Shown here piece by piece: positions 12,547 to 24,500 of a stretch of DNA of 64,000 nucleotides. Location of the stretch: contig JAUCBJ010008864.1 in NCBI GenBank assembly GCA_032718475.1, positions 62,001 to 126,000 of the forward strand. Direction: 5' to 3'. The notes under the pieces are model-generated. The model did no database searches, was not told the origin of the DNA, and worked only from the letters and a program-made list of their open reading frames with translations. This DNA comes from Nemertoderma westbladi (taxonomy: Eukaryota; Animalia; Xenacoelomorpha). The translations under genes and the position numbers were made by a program. Within the stretch, counting starts at the first letter, position 1. Each line of letters opens with the position of its first letter.

Positions 12547-13093
12547 CAACATACGGAGTGGGTGTGTGACTATATTATTTTATATTTATTTTTATTATTT
12601 TATATTATGTATGTATTATTATGTAATTTTATTATAATCGTTTTCTTTAATTTTATTTAGTAGAATGTTATTTAGCGATTATTTAGTAGATTAGTGCAAT
12701 ATATTAGTGTTTATTACTTAATTACTTATATATTATATTTAGTGCGACGGCGAGAAATAATTCTTTTTCTCTTTCCTTACTGTCCGTATCATATTATAAA
12801 TACGTGACTACAGTAAGATGAAATATCCGTACTTATTAAAGTACAATAAAGCCACTACTATATTTAAGTATTATTGGTAGGCAGAGTATTAGGAATGCAA
12901 AGTTCAGATCCTCGTGTCTCGGCTAAACCAAGCTCTGGGTAGACCTTGGAAACGACTTGCCTCTTCACACTGACATTGCTTCGTGCGATATTGCTCTCAT
13001 ACCGTATATTAAATAATACATATAGTAGCGTGATGTCCCTTTAACAGTAGCGTAAAACGCAAAATAAATCTGTTAAACCCTTTGACCATCTGC

Positions 13094-13360
13094 AATTCTA
13101 GTCGATTAAGATATCGCGGCACCCACCGATATACTTGAAAGACAAAATTCTAGAATCAGTGGTTAATGTCCCCAGACTTGTTCTGGAATAAACTGGTGCC
13201 CATCCTAAATATTAATTATTAATATTTATAAAATCTGTCAAATTTTAGATCCTTTAAAATTCTAGTCGATTAAGATATCGTAGCACTTACCGATACTCTT
13301 AAAAAGACAAATTCCTAGAATCAAGGATCCCAGTCCCCAGACTTGTTCTGGAATAAAATT
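13094..13360 (+). repeat. ~100-bp direct repeat inside the BEL-1 non-coding region
   Basis: aattctagtcgattaagatatcg...gtccccagacttgttctggaataaa at ~13094-13191 and ~13258-13357. Confidence 0.8.
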
Positions 13361-14162
13361 GTGTCTATTTAATATTAAATAATAAAATTACGGGAATAAA
13401 TTTAAATTCATCTTTTAATGAATTTGATAAATTGTTATTTTATACAATTTATAATATTCCCAAAATTCCATTAATTAATAGATCATGGGAGCGGAGATTC
13501 ACCTCTTAAGTGTATTAGTGTGCGAGAATCTCCAATATAGAGTCAATAGCCGATAAAATTCATAAAATCATATATAAAGATGATATTGACCATTAAAGAC
13601 TTACTATTAAATAGCATCCCAGATCTGTATGCATGAGAATTACCCTAATTCTACCGCTAGCTTTCCATAATGTCACCATAGCAACAACCACGCTAGAATT
13701 AGAAGCGAGTTAACAGAACAATAAAAAGCTTGCTCATTGAATAGCATACGGAATAAATAGCACACCGCTAGTATCCAAGGATACATAATAACAACGTGAC
13801 ATTCTGGAAGGCACTTGACTAACGGACAAATGACCCGAATGTGTGATAGAATGTGTACCATTTGTGACAGTTACGTGGAATTTGTGCGTTTGTAGGTGAA
13901 TGTTACTACTAAGGTGTGTTTACAGTAGCGAGTCGCAATTGTGAAAGTAGCCCTAACTCTCCAGTAAGAACCTGAAGTATATCTAAGCCTTTGGGACGGA
14001 CGGTGGAGTGACTTGTGCTGGTTGTCGTAGTCGTTGTGCAGCTACGACGTTGGCGATAGGCACATCGACGAAAGTACACCAGCGCTGAGGATCTTGCACT
14101 GTCCGGGGGCAGAGAGGGGTAGGCAGCGACGCCCGCTCGCCTAAATATAAACTCATTATAAT

Positions 14163-15706
14163 ATGGATAAACTTATATAGCAGATATGATTGAGTTGATA
14201 GAAGATGATCTTGGTATCAGGGAGCGATATACTCTACCTTTACAAGCGTTTGTTGATAGCTTGATACGCGGCGACGCTGGTCCAACTACTACGGAGGACG
14301 ATGGTCGTTATATCTAACCGCCAATGTCCCGGAAGCAACTTGCGCGTGGGTTGGACTGTAGAAAATTCACCGCTCGCTATACGCATCGTAATGGTACGTA
14401 TATGGACTTCTTAACTACTGGTCATCCTATCGACCTACACGATACGAACGATATAGACCCCAAAAGGGAAATGGTTTTATTTAAATATCATACCCAGCGG
14501 AAGCGGAACGATAAACTGAGACTCGAACACGAAAATTCTATTCGAAACCGACTCGAAAGTGCAGATGTTGAAGAGCCGGATAAACGCAGCGACTTCACCA
14601 AATACCTGGAATTCTTGAGAGAAACCTATCTCGATATTACCAGTCAACAGAATCTAGAAACTCGATATCCTCAAGGTATACATCATGACCGCATGGTAGA
14701 ACTCAAACGGCTCTATTCCACTATGATGTATCTTACCGCTGATCGACCGCTACCTGTTGCACCGGATAGCTTCGAACAGATGGAGGAATATTGTAAACTG
14801 GAGAAAGATCACTCGCGTTTCCCCTACAAGACGTGCGTCTTTGGTATTATTGCGATGAATGCCCTAGACCCAACCAACAAACGGAAAGACCTAAACATCC
14901 GTGGAGACGTTGTATTAAACACGGTTTTACTCGCTATACTTACGGGAGTTTCGAGCGAAATTTGTTTGACGTATCACCTACGCTCGTTCGACTCAGACGA
15001 TCCTTAAATAAACCAATGATCAGAGTTCCGGAATACTCGATCAGACCTCCTCATTCCCTAGTGAGACCTCAGACTCTTGATCCTATTAGTATGACGGATC
15101 CTCCCGAGCTGTACTCACTGTTCAAAGATCTAGTGTTACCTGAACAATTAGTCGGTGGCACCCCGGTTGTGGGCTTCCTAGATATTAGCCCATCTTACTT
15201 AGCCGTATTGGGACGCGGACACCTAATATCGCCATTCAACCGTATAGTCGTCCCAGTTTAACGCGATACAACCCTTCATCAAGGTGGAGGAGAGCGTTGT
15301 ACGAAACGAGTTAAACGCTATTCTACAAAGATCAGAAAGGAAACCTGCGTTTGTTCAGATAAACGTAAGTTGTAACAGCAAGTCCAAGCGATAAACGAAT
15401 TGGCTTTATCTCAGTTCGATTGGGAAATCCAGAATCTCTAAGAAGATATCGAACTTAGACAACCCTATTCTCTGCGAGAGTTTTGGACGAACGTATCCAA
15501 CGACAAGCGGAGGAAAATCAGCTCGAGGAGAAGCATATCGAAATGGACGAGACCCCGACCGTAACCTTAAACCTTCTGATGCAATTGTATTGCACCCTTC
15601 ACCCAGGAGTTATAGCCCTCCTAGTAAAGTGGCTCGCCCTAAAGAGAAAAGGACTCTTGCTAGCCTCAAGAAACTGCGTAAACGCCGTCCGCGCAAGAAA
15701 GACTAA
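14163..15706 (+). pseudogene. BEL-1 extra ORF (env position), unknown protein, disrupted by stops and frameshifts
   Basis: ATG at 14163; ORF pieces 14324-15007, 14833-15261 and 15483 onward can be chained. Ends ...KVARPKEKRTLASLKKLRKRRPRKKD*. Lies between the integrase end and the 3' LTR. Confidence 0.6.
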
Positions 15707-15774
15707 CTGTTTAGAGTATTTTTATATTTTAGAAACTGTGATTTTTTATATTTTATATAATTAAATCCCATTTT

Positions 15775-15784
15775 CTGGGAGCGG
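15775..15784 (+). promoter_or_regulatory. Putative polypurine tract of BEL-1
   Basis: CTGGGAGCGG immediately 5' of the TGT start of the 3' LTR. Confidence 0.55.
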
Positions 15785-16571
15785 TGTAAAAGCTTTTGGG
15801 GATATAACTGGCCTTTTCCATTTGTAATCCAGTTTTCCCCCATTCGCTCAAATCCTCTAAACTGTTGCTTCTAGTGGCACAATCCGCCCGCTGGTTGGCT
15901 GATTTGCTGTACGCATGGCCTCTTTGTTCTGTTCGATTAACCAATCAGAACAATGATCGACCAATCAGAGCGATTTAGCCTTGTGTTGGCTATGGGCTGC
16001 AAAGGCTAGGGAGGTTTGGCATTTAGACATTCATGGAACTTATAGAAACTGGAACTCTGCCAATGAGAGCTTTTCCTCTTTGTGTTGAAAGCTACCTGCA
16101 ACAGCTCACAGGGTTCAGTGTGTTGGTTTTCCTGATGCCATGAACATCGGCTATGGAACTATTCTGAATTATTCCAACATTAGAACGGCTTTAATTATAA
16201 GAACACATAACTGTTACCGGTACAGCGGTACGAGACACTAAGAACACATAACGGTACGGTACGTATTGCACATTATTTACTGCTATTTGCTGTTTGTTAT
16301 TAATTGTATCAGTTCGTTTACATATTGTTATTTGGAGAATAACGATAAACGATCAGAAACCCCGATCTTCTTGATACACTAAGGTTAGAGAGACCGGCTA
16401 CATATAGCAATTGCGACTTATATTATCGTGGTTTGTAGTGAATTGAATGCTATTTTATAGGCCCTACAAATGTCGGTTGCTATTCTCTTTATATATGATT
16501 AAAATCAGTGACTATCGGCAATTCAGTGTGCAGCGGTGTGCAATAGTCTGTATGTGCTTGTCCGCGTAACA
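15785..16571 (+). repeat. BEL-1 3' LTR
   Basis: TGTAAAAGC...CCGCGTAACA, near-identical to the 5' LTR. Confidence 0.9.
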
Positions 16572-17039
16572 AAGCATCTCCTAAAGAATGCGCCTTATGT
16601 GTAACTTATAATCCATTCCGTTGTGTTTAGTGTAAGCCATAGCTCTGTTTATATAGATAGAGCGCCACGTCCTAAAGGAACTGCTAATATTTCCCGAAAG
16701 TGAATAATATTTGTCAGAGATTATATATTAACGATCAATCGAATAGTACGGTAGGCCTGCACCGCAATCAAATTAAAGCATCCGAATCCAGTCTCCCGGG
16801 TATATCCAGCGGGTGAATGGTCGCGCATAGACTGGCTTCGGCTAATGTTGGATTTATTTGTGTCAAATACTTGTCATAGGCTAAAGTCGATTTATAACCT
16901 AGAAGACATATAGATTTGGCGGGTTAAACTGCCAAAGGTCTTAAAAGCGCGAACATGCTTCCAGGTGACATATCGACTTCAATGCAGTTTCATTGAGTAG
17001 TTTATGTCCAAAATTAATTATTGATTTGTTAAAATGTTT

Positions 17040-17470
17040 GTTTGGGGTGGTTGACATGGAAACTGGGAAATAGAACAACGGAGATTGTGTGTTTCTAACT
17101 ACTGTATTATGGTTTTGCTACAAATAGAGATATGAATATAGACTTGATGATATATAATTAAATATACTCCCAAGTTACCATGGTAACTAGATATTTCTGG
17201 AATGTTTTTTCCTGGAATGTTTCACTAAATGTTCCAACTAGTGGTCCAGATAACAACACATGCCCAGTTTCGTAAAATTTTATCGCGAAGTCTATGTCCA
17301 AATGTGTTATTTTTGTGTCAAAACATCTGTTTTCAACGGTTGTCATATGGTAACTGCAAAATTGAACAATGAAATTCGAATGCAGAATAAGTAGAATAAG
17401 GAATAATGCAGAATAAGGGGGGGGGGGGGGGGGGGGGGGGGTAGGGGTTGGTCCCAAGCCATAATACTTA
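17040..17470. repeat. Left part of a ~450-bp-unit repeat split by the LINE nest
   Basis: Same unit (gttaccatggtaactagatatttctgg...ggttggtcccaag) at 30405-31200. The unit continues across the 17471-30400 insertion. Confidence 0.75.
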
Positions 17471-20197
17471 GATTAGATTAGATTAGTCTTTAATATCAAG
17501 GGCTTACTGCCCCCAGCCGCTGCGCGACTTATATGATATTAAGGCATAATTGCACCGCACAATAAAATAAAATAATTTACCTCTAAATTATACTACAGTA
17601 ATTTAACTATATACCGCACCATATACTGTATAAACCTACCCATCTTATTCTGAAAAACTTAACAAAAATTATAATTAGTTAACTGTAACCTACTTATATA
17701 TACATACTGTCCTTAAGATCCCACATTCTCTTTAAAATTTTTGGTAGGTCTAGTTGCGATTCAGTCATAATTTTTCGCAATTTTTTATTTTTGTCTAAAG
17801 AGCTGTCATTCTTTGTTTTCATAACTAAATCGGGCTTTTCCAGTGAGCCACACTCGAATAAGAAGTGGTACTCACCTTCCACTTGCCCACTGGCACTGCC
17901 ACACACTTCACATACTCTTTCCTCTAGCGCCTTACATTTAAATCGCCCAGATTCAATAGCAAGCGGGAGTACTCCACAACGGAATTGCGCCATAATAGAG
18001 CGCTGACTATTTGCTGAGGTGTCTTTCACATACGGCTCAACATCGCAGTTCATTTTGAATACTTTATATGTACGAAGCTTTAGTTTATTTTCCAGCTGAT
18101 CCTTCCACACCTTATCAAAATACCAACTACATTTTGAGCTAGCTACAGCTAGGCTACACAGTTTTACTGGCATACACACTTGTTGACCCTATATTATTGG
18201 AAATTAATACCAATATTTTTCTCCAGCCAATATCTGATGAGCGCTCAATATCAAATAATTTCCTCGGCAATCTATTTAGGTCCATACGTATTAAATTATT
18301 CCACCATCTTATACACTCCAAATATCTCCTATAGAGACAGGGTTTCCAGCCAATGTCACCTTCCACCGCTGCATTAGCCGTGTATCGATGCACACCAAGA
18401 AACCAACGGGGCAGCTCTAAGCTGTACAGTATTTAATTTGCTGGAGTCCCTATATGTAATCCAATATAGGCGTTACACCAATGTGGAATAACTTTGTAAA
18501 TGTACTGTAATTAAACCCGTTAGCATCCCGAGATTTACCAATAATCGCACCTAGTGCACGACTACCTGACTTTGCAAGGTAACCCATGGATACTTGAAAC
18601 GTACCATACTCATCGAAGTTTACCCATATGTACTTATAGAAACCAACAATTTCTAAAACTTTATCACCCACACTAAAAGTCTCCTCCGTCAAGGCTACTG
18701 ATTTACTCCTGAAATGCACAATTTTTGATTTTTTTGCATTAACCTCCAGTTGTCAATTTTTCCACCATCTATTCAACACATACAGTAGTAGAAGCTTTAG
18801 GTCCGCTTCGGTTTCCGCCAGGAGCACAACATCATCCGCGTACGCTAAAATCGAGACCTTTAGATTATCAGCCACACTCACTCCTGTACTATTAATGTCA
18901 GTAATTAAGCTATATATGAATAACGCGAACAAAGTTGAAGATAAACACTCGCCCTGACGCACCCCAGATTTGGTTTCGAACAATTCAGTTTTGTATTCAT
19001 TCAGTAAGATACACGATAATGTACTTTCATACATATTCTTTATACAGATATAAATTTTACCACCAATATTATTAGATAGAAGTGCATATAACAAGAGATC
19101 CCGATTTACCCAATCAAAGGCCTTCTTAAAGTCAACAAAGGCTACAAACGTTGACTGACCTGTTTCTCTTCGCCCACTAACTATAAAGTCTAGTGAGTAT
19201 ATACATCCATACATGACCTTCCCTCACGAAAACCGCACTGCTCGTCACTTAATAGATTAAATTTATTACAAAATGCAGTTATTCTAGAAATTAGCATACT
19301 TGTGAATAGTTTACTGATACATGGTAGAAGGCTAATTCCACGATAATTCAACGGTACATAATTGCACCCAGACTTATACACTGGTTTTATGAGTGCTTGC
19401 AACCACATAGAAAGTATACATCCAGTATCTAAAATCTTATTAAATAGTTGGCATAACAAAGGCAACAAACTCGGCAAGCGAAGAATTTCATTCGGAATCC
19501 CATCAATACCACAGGCCTTGTTTAACTTCAATTTTCCAACCGCTTGCTCTATCTCGTTCATGTCAAACGGTTTATTCAACATTGAGTCTCGCTCATATAA
19601 CGGACTTTCCATTATCCATGACAACTCGGTTTTTGTAATCATCACCTCACTGAAGAAGTCATTATCTGCATTATCGGGGATCACACGATTTAGTAAACCT
19701 TTGAACTCATCAGCTCATCGTTCCATGTATTTAAAACGTCCGGTAGGTCAGTACAAGTCTGGCCATTATCATTGATTACTTCGAGCGTAATTCTGTTATC
19801 ATTTTTAGGTCCTAGTAACTTTGTTTGATTCCAAAATATTTTCGGGTTACACACATTCAAGGAATCGACTTTATTCGCAACTTCTGATTGATATGAACGC
19901 TTCTTCCGACGCAATTCCTTATCAAATACATGCTGGGATTCATTTACCGCGCTCTGCAAATTTCTATAAGCAGAAGTTCCCTTTTTTACACGTTTCAAAT
20001 TCTTTACGTTTTCATGAAAGATTTTCCACAGATCAGTCAGCTGCTCATCACAGTATGGCTTATGATATTTAAATTTTTTACGCAAATCAGTTCCAGCAGA
20101 CTTTATAGGTTTTAAATATGTTTCACATTCACCAATAATGAGTTCACAAATATTTGAAAAGATTTCATCCATCATATCTAGTTCAGAGTTTACACTT
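17471..20197 (-). mobile_element. LINE A, 3' part: RT plus C-terminal CCHC finger (RTEX-like, clade tentative), degenerate
   Basis: KACGIDGIP, NYRGISLL, EQCGFREGRS, FVDFKKAFD, GVRQGECLS, YADD, LAIESGRF..ERVCEVC..EYHFLFEC. (ATTAG)n tail at 17471-17486. Confidence 0.85.
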
Positions 20198-21555
20198 TAG
20201 ATATAGATAGATTTATTTATACATTATGTAAAAACAATAACAAATACACCAAACAATGTACCGGTATAAAGGTATTGTCCAACATAACATATAGGATTAC
20301 CCCTAAAGCTTTGCAGCTTATTTCCAAGGGGGTCCTTTACATATGTTACTTGGTTACAAATACAATATTACACTACGCTAACCTAAAACCAATATAAAAC
20401 GTAATTACACTATGTACATGTACAACTTTACCGAGAGCGTGACAATGCCCGACTCAACGATAAAGATGTAATGTACAGAACAATTTAATATAAAACGTAA
20501 TTACAGTATAAATAGTAAATAATTAATAAACTAATAACTTACTGTAGGACTATTGTACCTATTTTTACATTGCACACGGAGGTGAGATTTAACTGCAGAT
20601 TTAAAAGAATGTTGATTATCTAGGTTTTTAATTTCATTTGGCAGAGCATTCCAATTTTTAATGCCGTTAAAAAATAAAGTATCAGATTCGAAGGATTTAC
20701 AATTCGGGAGGTAGAAGTTTGAAGCACTAGCTCTGGTACTGTAAGAGTGTGTATCGCGTACCCTGTTGAATTTTTGTTTTAGGTAATTGGGACATTTACC
20801 ATTATACACTTTATGCACATGGTTAAGGCGTAGCTGCTTAACTCGACTATCTAAGTTAAGTAGTCCAGATTCAGAAAAAGTCATCTGGAGTTAGGTGGTG
20901 CCTAGGTTTGTAGTCTTTAATAAATCGTACTACTTTATTCTGAGCTACTTGTAATTTACATTTAAGCTGTTTGGTTAAGCCTTCATACCAAGAAGAGCAC
21001 GCATAGTCCATGTGACACTGTATTAAAGAAGAGCAAAGTAACTTGCGGGAGTCGGTATTTAAACTATTTTTATTTCTGTATAGAAACCTAAGCCTACTGT
21101 TAACTTTCGAGAAAATATTTTTCACTGTGCTTTCTCCTGATAAGCAGTTATCCAATGTGGCGCCTAAATATTTAACTTCCTTTTTATTTTCAATCTTATG
21201 TCCATTACTAGTGACTTCAAACTTAGTTACCTTCTTTAACTTTCTTTTGGAACCAAACAAAATACTTTAGTCTTACCGTAGTGAATGGATAGCTTATTAT
21301 CAACCAACCACTCAATACAGGATTCTAGAACTGCACTTAACTTTTGGGAAATATGGATAGGATCTTTATGAGAGAAAATAAGAGCACTGTCGTCGGCATA
21401 TAAAATGAGTTTAAAATCGGGATCTATACTACTTATCATATCATTTACATAGCATACAAAAAGCAGAGGACCTAGTATACTACCTTGCGGTACACCACAG
21501 TTGTCCACATGTAATCTCTTGTACAGTAGACTGCGATTTGCTAATGACTACAGAT
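20198..21555 (-). mobile_element. LINE B, 5'-truncated L2/Crack-like (CR1 group), inserted in LINE A
   Basis: GVPQGSILGPLLF, YADDS, KYLGATLD, HMDYACSSWY, WNALP. AATAAA/ATCT-type tail at ~20198-20220. Confidence 0.85.
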
Positions 21556-21569
21556 TGACCTCTGTCTGA

Positions 21570-24500
21570 CAGGGACCATCACGATTAAACCAAAAAAACC
21601 CAGGTCATACACTACCACCACGTCTGAGTACCGGTATAAAGAAAGAAACAATATATGGGAGTTTGGTTTAACCGAAAACTCGTGGCGGAAACAAAAATAA
21701 GAAAAATGCAGGGAAAACAACCGAATCAACACCCGGACCCCAGGTAGGAAGTGCTGGTAAAACGGGTACTGCTGTACTGGTAGTATCGTACTTACGACAG
21801 TAATGACATTGTGTCAGTGTCACCTACTGGTACCGGTAATGTGGGTTGCACTCAGTGTTTGGTGTTATAGCCCATGGCAACCTACCTGACAACAGCATTT
21901 CTACCCTAGATGTCGACGAGTCGGATGACAATTTATCAGGCTTCGAATTAACATCCTAAAAAACGAAGGAAAAGCACACGGAAATCTAAAGGAAAAAATA
22001 AAACACAGACAAGACACCAACCACCTCTGGCGCAAGTCGTGGAGAGTTCGGTAAAAGAAGCATTAGAAAGCGAATCTATAAAAAAAGAAGTCATTGTTAG
22101 CAATGTCAAAGAATCTAGAAACAACGGTTCAGATAGAAACAATGTTTCATCGATGTGTTCTGCTATTGGTGTCACTCCGGCTGTTGTTTTGGACATTGTT
22201 CATGTTGGGCGACAGCCTGCAAATGGCAAGCGCTTGCTAAAAGTTTCCTTCAACTCAGAATACGATACGCGCGCATGAGTTTCGCAATCTAGTTAACGAG
22301 GCATGTGTGGATGGGCGGGATATCTGTCGAGGAGTTCGAGTTAGGCCAAGTATTTCCAGAGTACAACGGCTTGCACTGCAAGAGACACAGAAAACTGTGT
22401 ATACACTAAATAAAAACTCGAGCCGAGGAGAAAACGACGAAACTTCTGAGAGTTTTAGTCTGCGCCCAGTTGGCGATGTCTGGCGTTACACCAAACATAC
22501 GGATGGGAAGTGGAAACGGGACCTCTACTGGATCCTCGCGGCAAATTAACAACCAGAACGATCGGTCGGAGTGCAAAACCGGACCGCGACTACAACTACG
22601 CAAGAAAACCATCAAAGCACCCGTGATTGATGCCAACCAGCACATCGGCCTACCCCGACCATCCCCCACCAGGGAAACCAATAGCGGGAGAGAATCGTGA
22701 ACCTTCCAACTCGAAGCCATTTATGCATTGCTGCAATTTCAATGCACAATCGGTGAAAAATAAGTTATCTGACCTCGAACTCTTACTCAAGGAAGAAATC
22801 TACCAAGTTGTATCGATAACAGAAACGTGGTTAACTGATGAAGTACCGAATGCAATGCTGATCAGTGAGTCAAACTACTCGGTTATTGCGTGATCTGATC
22901 GGATGGATCGTAGCAGTGGTGGTGCAGCTATTTTAGTCCACAATGATATCAAATGTATCGAGGTACCACTGTCTACGCATGCTGAAAGCACAGAGCAAAC
23001 AGGGTGACATGGTCGCTCTGGCAATGGAATATAACATCGACATCATCTGCATCGAAGAACATCGGATTTGTCATGAAGACACTGCCATGAAGTACAATGA
23101 CATTGGAAATGGATGGACGTTGGTAACAAGCTCAGCAGTAAGACCCTAAACAACATCGAATCTATAAATTCCAGGGTTATCGCAACATTTGATGGGAATC
23201 CCAAGACAACAGTTATATGTTGCTACAGTCCAACCAATGCATCAGAGCCAGAACAAGCAGTCAAGTTTTATGAAGAACTGACTGGACTTATTAAGGACAT
23301 CCCGAAACACAATGTTAAAGTCATTGCTGGTGACATGAATGCGCAAATTGGCCCAGAAGACATCAAGGGTTACACCTATAACACCAGTTCTAACAGAAAT
23401 GGGTACTTACTTTTAGACCTAATGGAAGAATGTGAATTGATACCAACAAACAACACATTAGAAAAGAGTAAGGGGAAGCTATGGACCTTTCAATACCCTA
23501 ATGGAACCAAAGCACAACTGGATTACATCCTTATAAACAAAAAGTGGAGAAATAGCATGATCAACTGCGAGGCATACAGCTCGTTCAACCTAATTGGTTC
23601 GGACCACAGAATTGTGACTGCAGAGATCAGAATCAGTTTGAGAGCCAGCAAACCAGTACAAGCAAGCAAATAAACTATGACTGGGAGAAACTCAGAACTG
23701 ACAATGCTGTAAAGGATGCTTATACAGTAGAAGTTCAAAACCGCTTTGAAGCACTTCAGTCAATGGATGAAGACCAATCCACCGATTCAATATACCAGAA
23801 TATAATAACAGCCCACAAGGAATCAGCTAAGAGGCATATCCCCCAGAAACCTAAACGAAAACAGTATGTGCCATGGCAAAACTCTGAGGTTACTTGTAAG
23901 AGAGAAGATCTTAAGATAGCCTACAAAGTTAAAACCGAACAACCAACAACCGAAAACATTAACAAGGTTGAGAAAGCTAAGGATGATCTTAAATTGGCCT
24001 ACAACATCAGCCAGGAAAAGTACATACAGGATAAAACTGAAGCAATTACAACTGCTCACATACAGCAACAATTAAGACTTACCTGGCAAACTGTAAATGA
24101 GGTATCTGGTCGGAAAAGTTGTGCAAAGGGGTGCCTCAAAGCCGATAGTCCTGAAGAACGTGTTGGGAAGTGGAAAAATCACTTCAGCAACTTGCTTGGG
24201 CAGCCACCAAACATCGAGGTCAGCCCTACAAGGAAAATATATGACAAGACACTACCTATAGAAACAGGGGACTTCACACCTGCCGAACTCCAAAGAAGCA
24301 TTAAAAGCATGTCCAATAATAAAGCGAGTGGATTAGATGAAATCCCAGTGGAGGTATGGAAAACCGGAGTGCTAAATAGACCATTATTGAATGTTTGCAA
24401 CCGGATGTTAAAAGGGGAAAAGCCACCACCAATTTGGACTAAAGGTCAACTAAAGCCTCTCCCCAAGAAAGGAGACCTCGGCATACCAACAATCTATCGT

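Larger units (their letters stand above)
9783..16571 (+). mobile_element. BEL/Pao LTR retrotransposon (BEL-1), internally deleted, with an extra 3' ORF
   Basis: Two ~780-bp LTRs with TGT...ACA outer ends, BEL-type Gag zinc knuckles, protease, and the BEL-specific WRHCP..NLADIASRG and RPAGRLCLLE motifs. Confidence 0.92.

Noticed and set aside
16780-16850. GC-rich patch possibly a tRNA or SINE head
   Set aside because: Could not form a cloverleaf or find convincing A and B boxes.
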